Below, one piece after another: positions 50,721 through 63,685 of a DNA stretch of 64,000 nucleotides. Made by a program: the position numbers and the translations under genes. The notes under the pieces are model-generated. The model was not told the origin of the DNA. It saw nothing but the letters and a program-made list of their open reading frames with translations, and did no database searches. Every line of letters begins with the position of its first letter. Position 1 is the stretch's first letter. This stretch comes from Callorhinchus milii. Taxonomy: Eukaryota. The DNA lies in contig NW_024704742.1 in assembly GCF_018977255.1 (NCBI RefSeq), positions 6,140,001 to 6,204,000 on the forward strand. Direction: 5' to 3'.

Positions 50721-53700
50721 GTCAGAGTGGACTTCCTGTGGGTCAGCGCGTGATGTGATGCACTTCCCCGGAAGGACTTGCTATTTTTGACTCAGAGGCG
50801 TTACTTGTCATTCCACAGACCATTTCAGACCTCGATGCCAGTCTTGTTTGGGCATTCACAGAGTTTAGCCCGATCAGAAGAGTGCAACCTCACAGAAGGA
50901 GCATTTGTTCCTGCTGTTTGTCTGTATGATGATGAGTATTCCCTGTTTTTCTCAGCGCTGCTTTCATTTCTTCACGTCTTTCTGATTCAGTGTGCGAGGC
51001 AGGAGCTGTTTGAGCACATCTGCATGGTATGGTTGTGAGGTAACGATAAGCTGTGTAACATCCCATTTATTGGGAGGCTGATTTGGTTAATGCTTCGAGA
51101 GCATTTTGATGCAGTGTCAGCAATTGGCTGACAGCTTGACATGAAGTGTACGTTGTTTGTGTGTGTGTGTATGGGGGGGAATTTTAATGTGGAGAAACAC
51201 TGCGCTTTACAGTGTTAGATCAGACGTCCTCAGGGTAGAGTTTCAGGTATACCATAAAATGCAAAGATCTATTTGGGATTAAAACTCTGTTTTAATCCTG
51301 CGAGGCACTTCTGAAAGCTGTAGGGCTTCGTGTTTGTAGGTTGTCAGTTGACAGAGTACTTCTGGCACAGCTTTGGATGTTAAATACTACACATGCAAAA
51401 CTATTTGACCTTGAAGCCCTAAGGAATCGGCTTGATGAAGAGCTTAGTATGAGCTGGAGTGACAATAGTGAGGCAAATGAATCATATCAAGTGTAGGCAT
51501 TAAGGGACTGAAAATGATTCTTAATTAACTGCTGATCCTTCGAGGTTGCGAATCCTGACAAACCCAGTGTCTTTAGGGAGAAAGCTGAAACCTGGCCTCG
51601 TAATGTTTTCGAACCAAAATATATACCTTTCTGTACATCTGGGGACACCGAAGACAATAGCAAATGGGAAACCGCTTGCCCTGTGGGATCAATGAAGTTA
51701 AATTGGCCACTAACTTAAAGGATTTGGTGGCTCTTGTCATGCTAATAGCCAACAAAAGGTTAAAGTAAAAAAAAATGGTCCAAAAAGCACGATCAGCATT
51801 GCAGTGGCTCTCTTAACAAGGAAGTGGGTTTAGCGGGCTCCAAAATGTAATGTTTTCAATCCCAGTTTCTTCAGGGAATGGTGAGCCTTTGGTTCAAGGC
51901 AAACAATGGAAAATTGCAATCACAAATGTCATAATGTGGTCCCTGTTCTTTCCACCTCCCCCCCTTGCAATTCTGTACTTTCAAACGGACCGAAAATAGT
52001 GACGTTTTTTTTAATAAGCAGTGAACAGAACAGGTATACTCGTCAGCGAAGGTAAAGAAATTACAGTTTCCGAGCAGGGAACAATAAATAGGTGATCCAG
52101 GTTCCTCTCTGTGAGAAAACACAGCAATATTCACTGACTAGTTAGGCTCTCTGCATCACAGGGGATTGCACCTTTTCTGTTTTGGTTGGTTTCCTTCGTC
52201 CGTGGTGCTTGTGAATTTTTCCTGCTATTATTTCAGTGACAACTCTGCCCTATTGTATCTTTCATTAGAAATGTCTTCTCGGGAAAGCTTAAAGGATTAT
52301 ATTCATTTTTTGTTGCCTTTCTGAATGTACTTAAAGCTGTACTTCACCATAATTGATTTTCTTGGAAGATCGCTACCAAACAAACCCACCTGCACTAAAT
52401 GTTTACCAAACTTGACCAGGTTAATCCCGAGTTAATTCCTTTGCTGTTTTTATTTGGACAGTTTGTAAGACCGTTTAGTTTTAACACCTAAGATTGCGCA
52501 GAAAGTTCTTATGTCCAGTTTTTAATTTGAAAGCTGAGTATCGGCAGTTTTATGTACTGCAGAATGAAGACTGAATCGAAGAATATTCCACAATTCCACA
52601 TGATATCACATGTTAAAATACTTATTCAGGCAAAGACTTGAGGTGGAATATCAGGTCTTCATAAGGGTCACGGCGTGGCTTGTGTGGGAAATGGGCAGTG
52701 TCACAATAGTGCTGTAGAGGTATCGTTTGGCAATTTGGGCTAAGGCACATTGAGGCAGGGTAGAGGGAGTGTTTCTCTGCGTGCTATACTTATTCCTGAG
52801 AATGGAATACATACTGGTCTGCACCGCTTGATCCTCACACTGAATTCCTGAAATAGGGATGCGTTGCATTTACCAGCAGTGACGTCCATCAAGTCGATGA
52901 GCTCTAAATGCACTGATTGTAAATTATCAATCGATACCCAAAAGATGCATTAGTTGCAAACCTCTTTTGGTGACCTTCATGCTTAAGGTTTGGCAAATGT
53001 TCCTAACTGTGATCGGCAGGAACTGTTAGAAGCAGGTAGATGCCCATGATTAATGTTCTAACCTGGCACTGCCTGGATATTTCCCATCCCCAGATGGGAA
53101 AAATTAGTTGGGATTTTTGCTGAGCCGTGTGTTGTCAGCAGGTCTTTCATTGTGATAAAAATGTATTTTATCGGGGCCTTGTCACTTTATGAACTGTACA
53201 AGACACTGCTTGCAATATGAGCCCATATAAAACATTTAGATTTAGCTTATGCCTAAGCGTTCTGAGATGCCTTACTTAACCATTGCTCCGTTTGTATTTT
53301 AAACCGTGTTTTGATCTATATTTTAATATACGTAAAGTGTGAGAGGGAGAAAAACATGCACAGAAGATGATATCCTAACAAAAACAACCAAAGTAAATTA
53401 TGCAGATGACTCCCACGATGGTCAGGGAGACATTCAAGTCCTCTGCTTTACTGGGGAATGCTCATTAAACAATGGTCTTACGTTCTAAGACATAAAACCG
53501 TATTCACTTCTTCTCACACAGAGAAATTTAATCCACTAAAATACCCTATTTCATGGAGACACTGGATCGTGATCACATTCAGGTGTTTACAAAGGTCATT
53601 GCAAACAGAGGAGCCCTTAATTGTTGTTTAATGTTTAACAGCAAACATTACGATGTATCAAAAGAACTATTTGGGTTTAAATAATGTTGCGTTCATTTCC

Positions 53701-54065
53701 CCAATAAGACAACTTAAGACCGGTAAAAGTGTTTACCAAATTTCTTTCCTAGAATCAATCGTTGAAGCATTCTATCTGCATTGATGTGAAACACAGATAC
53801 TCTGCTGTACTCTGTCAAGTGTCAGTGGGTATATTTGAAATGTCTTTCATCTTGAACGTGTACACTTGTGTATTTATTCTGTGTCATTGAGATTATGTGT
53901 TTTTTTTCTCTCCCCAAAAAAAGGTTAAAGTAAATCATTTCTGATTATTTTTCATCTCATGCACATCCTATTCACCCTTTTTTAATTGTGTTAAAGTGAC
54001 TTTTGGAAATCTAATAGGCTTGTATTTGTTCTCATCCAAACTACCCCTCCTCATCCACCCTACAG

Positions 54066-54156
54066 GTATACACAGACACCCTCCAGGTCCTGAAATGCCC
54101 ACCTTCTATCCCCTATCTCCAGGCGGTGTTGGACAGCTTACCCCTCCTCTCGGATG
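54066..54156 (+). CDS. lef1: LEF1 coding exon (human exon 5 equivalent), (G)IHRHPPGPEMPTFYPLSPGGVGQLTPPLG(W)
   Basis: 'ccctacag|GT ATA CAC' ... 'GGA TG|gtaagt'. Length 91 nt, in frame with the previous exon. The FYPLSPGGVGQ motif is typical of LEF1. Confidence 0.97.
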
Positions 54157-54519
54157 GTAAGTCCTTATTTCCCTTTGAACTTAAGCCAGTCAGGTGCTGG
54201 TTTTTTTTTCCCCCCCTGTCTCTCTCTCTCTTTTTAATCTGTTTCAAAGTACATGTGACTTTGAAATTGAAACGCATGTGACTGATGTAATACTTCAATT
54301 GCTTACATTTAGATTTTTTTTTAAAAAAAATTACAGCCGGATAGTCAACTCTGTAATTTCACATTTGCATCGAATAAGTTTGAAAGGTATTCCCAGGCAT
54401 ATCGTGTCAAAACATATGTCATGAGAAGCAGACACGGCTATGGCATATTATATGAAGATTACAACATTGGAGGAAATGGCGCAACCCCCAATGGCTCATT
54501 GGGAAGATGCACTGTGTGG

Positions 54520-54969
54520 TGTGTTACTCCACTGGCTCCCCATCACACAGGGGATACAGTTCAAGTTCCTGGTCCTCGCCTTCAAAGCCCTCCATGGCCT
54601 CGCTCCTCCCTACCTCTGTGACCTCCTAAACCCCCCACCAACCTGTCCTCTTCCTCCGTTCAGCGGGCTCCGGCCTGCTTCACGTTCTCTGCCTCGCCCG
54701 CTTTACCATTGATGGGCGGCCCTTCAGCCTCTCTGCCCACACCCTCTGCAACACTATTCCACAGTCCCTCCGCCTCATCCCCTTCCTTGCCTCCTTCAAG
54801 ATCTTTTTCAAGACCCTCCTCTTCGACCATTGTTTTGATCACCCTCCCGCCCATACCTTCCATCCCTCCTGATCCCAACCACCAGCTCGGGTACGGATTC
54901 CTAACTGTCTAGCGCCTTGGGACATCCTCCTGACGTGAAAGTGCTACACAAATGTAATTTGTTGTTGTT
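54520..54969 (+). mobile_element. L2 LINE 3' end
   Basis: ORF 54440..54712 LHWLPITQGIQFKFLVLAFKALHGLAPPYLCDLL. Tail 'gcgccttgggacatcctcctgacgtgaaag...(ttg)n'. Confidence 0.9.
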
Positions 54970-57617
54970 CTGACGCACGCATAAAGACCAGAAAGCTGCC
55001 AGATTCAATCCCAGTACCTACTGAGTTAGCTGACCTGGCTGACTAGCAGACCGAGGGAAAGGTTGCTGTAATCGGCCTCAGCACCTACCCTCGGAAGAGA
55101 ATTGCCCCAAGTCCTCCTGACACCGTGAGAGGAAAATAAATTGGGCTGACGTCCGACTGCTGGTTGCAATCCAATGGCTCCAGCTGGAACGCACACGCAT
55201 CTGGACGTCACGGCGAACACAGGAGCAGGCTTGGCTGCGATGCTTTCCTCTCCTCCCTCTCTCAAGTGAAATAGCCTGCCAACACTCACTGTCTGGGGCT
55301 TGCATGAAGAACGGCAGCTGGCGAGACACCAGAGGATCGCCAGTGTCCGGGAAACTGTACGCCAACGAGAGGGGAGAACAAGACCCCAGTGACTCGAGGC
55401 AGTCTGAAATGTATTATTTGCAGCCCCGTTGTAAACCGCCAACAGGAAGCACCAAGCGCAATGATCAGGGAGTGACGCTGAGGTCTTTTTTGCGAAGGAA
55501 TTGACGTAAGCGGCACTTTGTTGTGCGCAGAGCGTGTGTTTCGTGAGCAGGAAGTGACATTGGCGGGACTTTCTGCGTCTATCGACGGTCAAGGATCCTT
55601 GTCCCCGCGTGAAAGGTAGTCAGTGGTTACACCAGCTGCAGTCTGTACCCCCTTTGCGTGTTGAGCTCACCGCTTGGGGCTGTCTAACATGAATCCCGCA
55701 AGGACATATTAGGTGAGGAAAGGGTATGGAGGTGATCTTTCCTGATCCATAGATTTGTGACGATATAACAACAATAAATTCCACTGAAGTAGCGCCTTTC
55801 ACGTCAGGCGGATGTCCCAAGGCACTGTACGAGCGCGCCACACGAGTGATGTCTAATCGCACTTCATAAAGAGTTCCATCAGGTTTCATTAAAAGGAGCA
55901 ATCCCGAGTGGTATAAATCACAAGCTGCAGGCTCCACAGTGCCTGTATTTATGACTTCAAAAAAACAGAACAACAACGAGGACAGATAGTGTTGGGGGGG
56001 GGTGGTGGGGGGTGGGGGTGGGTGCACACCCACAAAGAATCCTTTTGTATTTCTCAACAGCGCACATTATCAACGAGACCACAACTTTATAACCAGCCCA
56101 GGTGTTTGTTATTTCCTGTTTACCCAGCCTGAGATGACGCTAAACCCTGAGAACGTTCGCAGCAGAACGTATCTGTTGGACTTTCACAGCCGCGCGTTGC
56201 ACCAACACTTTACACCTTAACTCTGAAAAACCCCAATCGCGGTGGTTGCCATTCAAACAGCGATCGAGCTCGTCTCAATGTGGCGTTTGTACACAAGTAA
56301 CCACTTTAAGCGATTGGTGAATGACATTCAGCCCGAGGAGCGTTCAGGTTTTTTTCCAGTAGGACGGCTGATTCTTGTGGCCAAAGTCAAGGCAATGGAG
56401 TCATTCCACTTACAAAGAGTTGTGTCAAATGTGAAATGGTCACATTGAAATACACTTCTCCCTTGTGATTGATTATGTTTCCTGTCTGTGCAGAGCTCAG
56501 TGGAAAACGATGCAGCTTTTTTTTCAGAATCGCATGTGTCATTTTCCCCAAACAGCAGGTTATGATTACAGCGAAGTGTAAATCCGACTGAGTGTTTTTT
56601 ATAACCCTTTTTCTCCTGAAGTAGGTCTGTTTGAAACTGTCACTTAAAAGGGGGGAAAAAAATGTACAATTAGTCCTTACCGGCATATCTTGTGCTGTAT
56701 TTTCTGATTAAATGACCTAAGGGGAATGTTAATTTTAAAGGATGTAAATCTAATGTAAACCTAGAGACATTTTAAAGTGTTTAACGCTATCGGAGTGTGC
56801 AGCAAAAACAAATCTTGCCTTTAACATCCAGAGGGCTGAAATATTGCAGAGTCTCGGCCTTAAGACCAACGTCATTTAAGATTATGCAGAATTTTGGAAG
56901 ATTCCTAAATTACGTCTTAATTTGGAAGTCAGTTTTCTGCAGTATCCAGATTGCTGGATGTGTTCTGTGCCGGTGGAAAAAACAGTTTCACATTAAGACT
57001 GAAGTTAAGAATTTTACTTTTTAATGGCATTGGTTTTCAGGCTAAGACCAAGAGAGATTGTGGCCTCTGGTTTGAGAAGCGTGACAGGAAAACTTCAGGT
57101 TCTTGTTACCACATGGTGGAGAGGTTTACTCATTCACCTGGATGTATAACATGTCACTAACCTCATCATTTGCTTTTTCAGTTAGCTGAATTCAGCCAGC
57201 AACAGTTGGCAGAGCAGGGAAGGGGTGGCGCTTGAGGTGTTACAACTAGTTTCAGTGTCCAGGAGTAGGAGGGAAAAAGTTAACCAAGATTTCCCACTCT
57301 TCGTCTCTATTTACACCTATGATGGACAGTGCATGTGTGTGGAGAACACGTGAGGTCAGGATAACTTAGCTTCACAGACTCCGCCACTGACTCTGCTGTG
57401 AGGTAGTTAGTGCAAGAGAGGGATGGGGTGAGGAGAGGTCTGGCTCCTGTACGTCCAGGTAAATTTATTGGGATAAATATTGAATACATGGTTCAATTGA
57501 GTAAGCCAAAGGCCTTATTAAATCCAAATCTATAATATCGACTTGGACCCCCCCTTATTCACCAGTTCTGTCATTTCCTCATAGTAATGTACTCCATAAG
57601 AAGGTTCAGATAGAGAA

Positions 57618-57745
57618 GCTAATAATAATAATAATAATCCTTGCATTTGATATAGCGCCTTATCACGTCTTCGAGACGTCTCAAAACTCTTCACAGGATA
57701 CACTGTAAAGTGAATTGACCGTATACTTTGTGGGCGAAAATGTAA
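57618..57745 (-). mobile_element. Young SINE 3' fragment
   Basis: '(taa)n tccttgcatttgatatagcgccttatcacgtcttcgagacgtctcaaa...tttgtgggcgaaa'. Similar fragments occur at about 3635-3750(-), 13730-13850(-), 15225-15390(+), 21583-21790(-), 26520-26650(+), 30468-30570(-), 34365-34600(-) and 62895-63070(+). Confidence 0.85.
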
Positions 57746-58315
57746 GCTAGCACATATGTATTGACCTCTGGAGTATCCCTGGGTTTGTTGAAGAACAGTC
57801 CAGTGTCCAGAGAACTGAGCCTTTTACAAAGAATCAACGTCTGTACGAGACAAGGGGAGAAAAATGGGCCAAACCAAAAGTCAGGGAAAAATATCAGGAA
57901 GAGTTGAGCGTCAGCTTTATGTGATCATATGTCCCAGAGGTTGTTTAAGTGGAACCTGGAGTTTTCCATTTAAAATGTCTGCACAGGCATCCAGCGCTGT
58001 AGGAGTCACACATGTGAGTGACTGAGAACTGTTTTATTTGACGGGTTCTGCACTAAAAAGCATTTTTTTTTTTCCGTGAAGGGGAGCGCTTCGGTAATGA
58101 TTTTCCACAGAAACTGAGAACGTTTTAACTTGATTTGTTCGGGTAGAAGTTTAGGCTGTCGTTTCCTGCGAGGGTTGCGGGTGGTGGTGAGGGGAAAGGG
58201 AATTGTGGACAGAGACGTAAGGACAAAACGGAAAAGGTCCAAGGTACAAAGCTTTGTTGAGATAACGAAAGCAGAAGCTGGCTGGTTGATTTGGGTCCTT
58301 TCTCTCTGACCCCAG

Positions 58316-58399
58316 GCAAGGTCAGCCTATCTATCCAGTTTCAGGTGGATTCAGGCAGCCCTACCCAACAGCACACCCAGTCAACACTCCCATATCTAG
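58316..58399 (+). CDS. lef1: LEF1 84-nt cassette exon (human exon 6 equivalent), (W)QGQPIYPVSGGFRQPYPTAHPVNTPIS(R)
   Basis: 'tctctctgaccccag|G CAA GGT CAG' ... 'TCT AG|gtaagg'. Length 84 nt, symmetric phase 2-2. Resembles mammalian QGQPVYPITGGFRQPYP. Confidence 0.95.
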   Translation, partial: ARSAYLSSFRWIQAALPNSTPSQHSHI

Positions 58400-61300
58400 G
58401 TAAGGTGCAGTTGCTGAAAGACTACTGAGTGGCTCTTTGAGTGAAAGGGCAAGTTGCTGTCCTGCTTGCAGCTGAACATGTTTCTGCTTATCTGCTAGCT
58501 GGGTTCGATAAATTAACGCCTGTGTCACACAACGCTTACACAGTCTTGCAAAGGCACAATGGACCCATGGCGTGGTGCACCGCAACAACAGCAAAAAAAA
58601 CTCGGTATAGCGGTGAGCACGTCCAGCTCTGATTTAAAACTTGGCAATCGCCCTTTCAAAGAATGAATGCACGTCCCTTGAATTGAATTCTCAATAAATT
58701 CCGCATCTTGCAAGTATAGCTTTCCGTGCGGGGAGGGAGAATTGGAGGGAGTCTCATGGCCAGAGTTCATCCTTGCAGAAGCTGACTGTAGGGGCCTCAG
58801 AATTAATCATGCACCTACCCTCTCTCTTGTTGACTCCTTGCACTGTAAGCTCCAGGCATAGAGGGTGGCAATCACACACCGACTGCTTCCTACCTGAGGG
58901 GTACACATTGCTCTGTCAGTGTCGCACTCACTATTGGTAACTCAGACAACCTGCAAAGGGCTGTCCAGGTCGATAGGAAAGCATGTCACCAGGTGGATAA
59001 ATAATTGTGCTCTACTCCACTTTATGAGTCGAGAATCCTCGCTCATAACATCCGTGTGGCCCAAAGTGAGGTGATGGGGCAGCGGGTGGAATCTTGTTGA
59101 GTGCGTTCGAATGAATTAGGCTCCTTTATAGTAAACACAGAAGAATCATCAAACTGGTTTCAAGTGAATTCAGACAGTATTGTGCTTAACCGGCTCCCTA
59201 GAAAAAAGGGATCTTCAGTGTGTAATACCCAGGCAATTCGACTGTTTTGCTATTTACATTGCCATGAGCACGAAACTTAAATTAATTAGAATTATCTGAT
59301 TGAGAGCACAATTATTACAATATAATCCATTTTAACCACCAAACAACAACAACAAAGACGTCTTGTACAATTTAGCTTTTAATTGCTCAAAACAAGTTTG
59401 CTCATTGCTGTTCTTTCATGTTTTCCTGTTAAACTAAATTGCAGTTATCAAAGGCAGTATAGCTTAATTTCACTCCACAATTAACCACTCAATTATACTT
59501 TGAAGCATGTTTTTTTTCGGGAAAGAAAAATCCTGTTATGTAAACATCTTATGTAACAGCTGTGGGATATGACCGTGTGAACTGAATTTCTACTAAAAGA
59601 AATCACAGCCACCAGAAACATTAATCAGACCAGACCATGTTATTTTACAAAATTGAAATTTGTGGTCACTTTATGTGACAGGTGCAGTCAGCTGGGCCCT
59701 TGTTATTCAGTGCAGTTTCAATGCTGAGTAGAGTTGAGGCGTTCATGCTAAATTACTCAAACTCTCCCCCCAAAAAACACTGATGATTCCTGCTTCAGGC
59801 TCTGTACAGAGTGGACACTTTGCGTTGTGTGAACCAGGCGTTATACTCTGCATCTTGCTAGCAAGGTGTGCTGCACATCACCCGCTGAACTGCACACAGT
59901 GGTTTGTGACACACTTTACACGTGGCTGCTTTTCAATTGCCTGTTAAGACTGCAGGGTCCCATGGTTTTGTAAAGAAAATGTTTGCCTTTGTATTAACGT
60001 TTGCTTGTTTCCACAAGTGCGGGCTTGTGACCCGCTCCCAGATCTTGCGAGCCATTGGCACTGGGTATCGGGCCACCGGAGAGTGCGTACAAGTGGGCAC
60101 TGATTTCCCCTGCCACCTTAGGGTGAAGCACTTCTCCTCCCTCTCACTTAACGCCTCTGGTGTCTCCGTTGAGATCAGGCGTGCCAGGGGAAGGGAAGTA
60201 CATGATTTAAGCCATGTTCCTGACACCTTCCAGCTCTGACCTCAAATGAAACAAAACCTATAATTCTGTTGAATTACTGAGCCAAGCCTTGTCATAGCCC
60301 TGTAACCTCAAAAAGCTGCCGGGCATTGCTAACGTCAGGACAACTTCCAGTCCCTTGACACCCTGTGCACTGGCAGCTGACACACTAAACTCTGCTAAAT
60401 TACAATTAAATAGAACCAAAAACTATATTTTCCTCTTTAAATCCCTCCTTCCCTCCCAAATATATATTTACAATCATAACCACCCTTTCTGATGATGGTA
60501 ATATTACATTTTCGCACCGGAACATGCCTGGCAGGATGTGGATGAATGTCTATGGTTAATGTTGTCCAGCTTTAATGTTTTGTATTTTCATATGGTCCGT
60601 TTGTTGCTGTTTATCTTACACTGCAAATAAAGTTGGGATCTAAAATACGATACTCGCAACCCTGATTAGTTTGCGCTAATCGTAATTTCCAGTGTGTGGT
60701 TCACATTGTTAAGATTCAACTTGAAAGTCAGCAAAAATAAATCTCAAAATCATGAATCACGAACCACAAGTTGCAATTAGAGTAACTATTCCAATTGGAG
60801 GATATTGTGTTTTACCCCAGCGATAGATATGGACAGGTGTTCATCGTTTCAAGCGAAGGATACAATATTCTTCCTCTCTTGGAAGATGTCTTTTTGCTCC
60901 TTGGGAAAAACCATTGAAACTCGATTATATGTATCCTGTGGGATTAAGATCCCACCATATGGACAATTAGGTATTTGAGCCCATGTCCTGTAACAATCGG
61001 GTGTTATAATTTTTACACTGATCATCTCATGACTTAGAGTTGGTGTCAGTTGTTGTACTAGAGCAACATGTTTGAAGTGCTGAAAATGACCCAATCCAGC
61101 CAAACTAGTAAATAAAAATGCACAATCTCTAAGTAAACTGAGGCACAATGACCTCTTGCATGGGTGCATGTTACACAGAATTGACAAATGCGGTCCACGT
61201 TGACTAGATTTTAACAGTGAAGGAGATCTATTGATACTTCTCATCCTTCTATGCAGCAACTGACCAGACTGTGACATTTGCCTCGGCTGAACTTTAAGGC

Positions 61301-62022
61301 TGATGTTACGATGAAAACGTTTAACCGAATTTCATCGTAGAAAAACACTGGGGTTATACATTTTATACAGAGGAACCCTGTTATAATGCTCTTCCAATAC
61401 AGCGCTGCCCCATTCACAAAGGTGGAGGAGTTATAGACTCTGATATTTTCAGAGAAAATCCCATTGTTAAGCACGGAATAGTTGACTCAGCGTGAAGCAC
61501 TGCACGCTCACAAAGCGCAGGAAGAGACGTGCCAGTGACCTGATGATCTGGAACCTATTTTCATGTGCCAGTCAAGCAGTACGCTGGCTTTCTGCGCACG
61601 AATGCGGCACGTTTCAGAGACGTCACAAAGCCGAACGCCAAAGCACCTTGCTCCAAAGCACCAAACGTAGATTACAATGTGACGGACGCATTCCCTGTTA
61701 ATTTATGAATCGCTGGTGTGAACCAACACTATCTAGGACCAACGGGGTATTATCCAATCAATGATATCTGTATGCTTGTAAAAGGAGACTGATAATGAAC
61801 TTGGAACCTAGATGAACATTCCTGCACAGGTCTAAGTGGTACTGTTTGGAAATACGCTTGCTATGTATATCTGCATTTACACATCCAGTCCGGCCTCCGC
61901 TTCTCCTGCTTTCTCTCGTCTTCTGTGTGTCCGAGTGCAAGAAACACCAGTGCCTTTGCGATTACGTTTGCTCTGCGATCGATTTCATTTCTTCTGTTTG
62001 TTTCTGGTCTGCCCAACCTCAG

Positions 62023-62145
62023 GTTTTCACACCACATGATGCCTGGCCAACCAGGTCATCATGCAACTGGAATTCCTCACCCAGCAATTGTCAACCCTCA
62101 GATCAAGCAAGAACCTATGCAGAATGAGAGTGAACTAATGAGCAT
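62023..62145 (+). CDS. lef1: LEF1 coding exon (human exon 7 equivalent), (R)[40 protein letters not shown](M)
   Basis: 'cccaacctcag|G TTT TCA CAC' ... 'AGC AT|gtaggt'. Length 123 nt. Contains the [20 protein letters not shown] motif and lies within ORF 61925..62149. Confidence 0.97.
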
Positions 62146-62162
62146 GTAGGTTGATTTACATA

Positions 62163-62381
62163 GCTTTAGACTGTACAGCACAGAAACAGGCCATTCGGCC
62201 CAATTAGTCTTGACTGGTGTTAATGCTTCATATGAGTCCCCACCCACTCCTTACTCCCTCCTTCCCTCCCACACCCTTCTATTCCTTTCTTCCTCACATG
62301 TATATCTGGCTTCCTCTTAAGTGCATCTATACATTCTGTTTCAACCGGAGTTCCACATACTCGCTACCCCCTGCATGAAGC

Positions 62382-62382
<1 letters not shown>
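62163..62382 (-). mobile_element. Old CR1 3' end, immediately downstream of the exon-7-equivalent donor
   Basis: 'tacagcacagaaacaggccattcggccca...tatctggcttcctcttaa...gagttccacatact'. Confidence 0.7.

Positions 62383-62384
<2 letters not shown>

Positions 62385-62421
<37 letters not shown>
62385..62421. repeat. (TAA)n microsatellite, probably an orphan SINE tail
   Basis: About 12 TAA units, the same unit as the young SINE tails. Confidence 0.85.
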
Positions 62422-62422
<1 letters not shown>

Positions 62423-63522
62423 TCTTATACTGGTGATGAATAGATTTGGAGAGTAGATATTTTTTATTGGAGAGTGGAGGCTCTGTTTTAAAACCATGCA
62501 TGCGTACTGCTTTCTCTTAAGTGGAAGGGCACGCTCCTCTGATAGCCTACTGATTAAAGGCATCACCAAGTCATACAGCAATAAGCCATATGGTTGCAAG
62601 TTCAAGTCCTGGTGTGTAGGCATCCTGAGTTAACTGACCTCAGGTAAGACAGCAACTGGCTGGTACATTGGGGCTTAATGTCCTTGACCAGGGAGCAGGG
62701 AAATCGATCAAGGTTACCGTTGCTGATCACTATATCCAAAGACTACTTTCGCAGGTGCATATCTCAGGTGAAGGGAGGACAGGATGCCTCTTGTGGCTGA
62801 AAAGCCTATCAACACTCAGAGTCGAGGCTTACACCTGTATAACGACAACTTGGTTGAGCTGCTACAATGTAGGGTGCGGCCTCAACCCAATAATAAATTG
62901 GTCACTTTAATCCACAACACTGCTGTGCGCAATTGGCTAATTGGCTGCCACGTTTCGCCCACAAACTATACAGTCAATTCACTTGACAGTATATTCCGTG
63001 AAGCGCTTTGAGACGTCTCGAAGACATGATAAGGCGCTACATCAAATGCAAGGCTTATTATTATTATTATAAAAGATGTCTGCAGCATTCAGGGGGGAAT
63101 TGGTGGCAAAAATAAAGGGGGAGTCGAAAGAATTTGATTTATTGTATTTTCTTTTGCCCTTGTCACACACAACCTGTATGATCTCCTGCAGTCCCACCTC
63201 ACTGTCGACTCCCTCTGCTCTGCAAACTCAGGCCCACCTCACAGCCATCGGTGGGCGAGCTGCCATCCAATTGCCCCGTGTCTGGAGCTCCACAGCTCCC
63301 TCTCCTCTTTCAAAAGCCTTGAGTCATATCTCTCCTACCCCTTTCCTATCCCCCCCACCCACTCCAATTCAACCGATTGCTGCTCCATTTGCGTGAAGCA
63401 CTTTTTGAGACGCTTTTTGACTACGTGTGTGACGGCATATATGTGCAAATTGCCATTTTTAAGTATGTTAAAACTGCCCAGCTGTGGGAATGAATTAAAA
63501 CGATACTCTTTGTTTCCCCTAG

Positions 63523-63685
63523 GAAACCTCACCACGAATCTCGGAAGGAACAAGAGGCCAAAAAGCCTCACATCAAGAAACCGCTCAACGCCTTCATGTT
63601 ATACATGAAGGAAATGAGAGCGAACGTCGTGGCAGAGTGCACTCTTAAAGAGAGCGCTGCTATCAATCAGATCCTGGGGAGAAGG
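63523..63685 (+). CDS. lef1: LEF1 HMG-box exon 1 (human exon 8 equivalent), [54 protein letters not shown]
   Basis: 'tgtttcccctag|G AAA CCT' ... 'AGA AGG|gtgagt'. Length 163 nt. Canonical TCF/LEF HMG box. MRANVVAEC (N rather than K) is the LEF1-type residue versus TCF7/TCF7L1/TCF7L2. Confidence 0.98.

Noticed and set aside
55026..55592. Longest ORF in the track (188 aa, - strand)
   Set aside because: No recognisable domain, antisense within an intron, and it overlaps an old repeat and a GC-rich patch.
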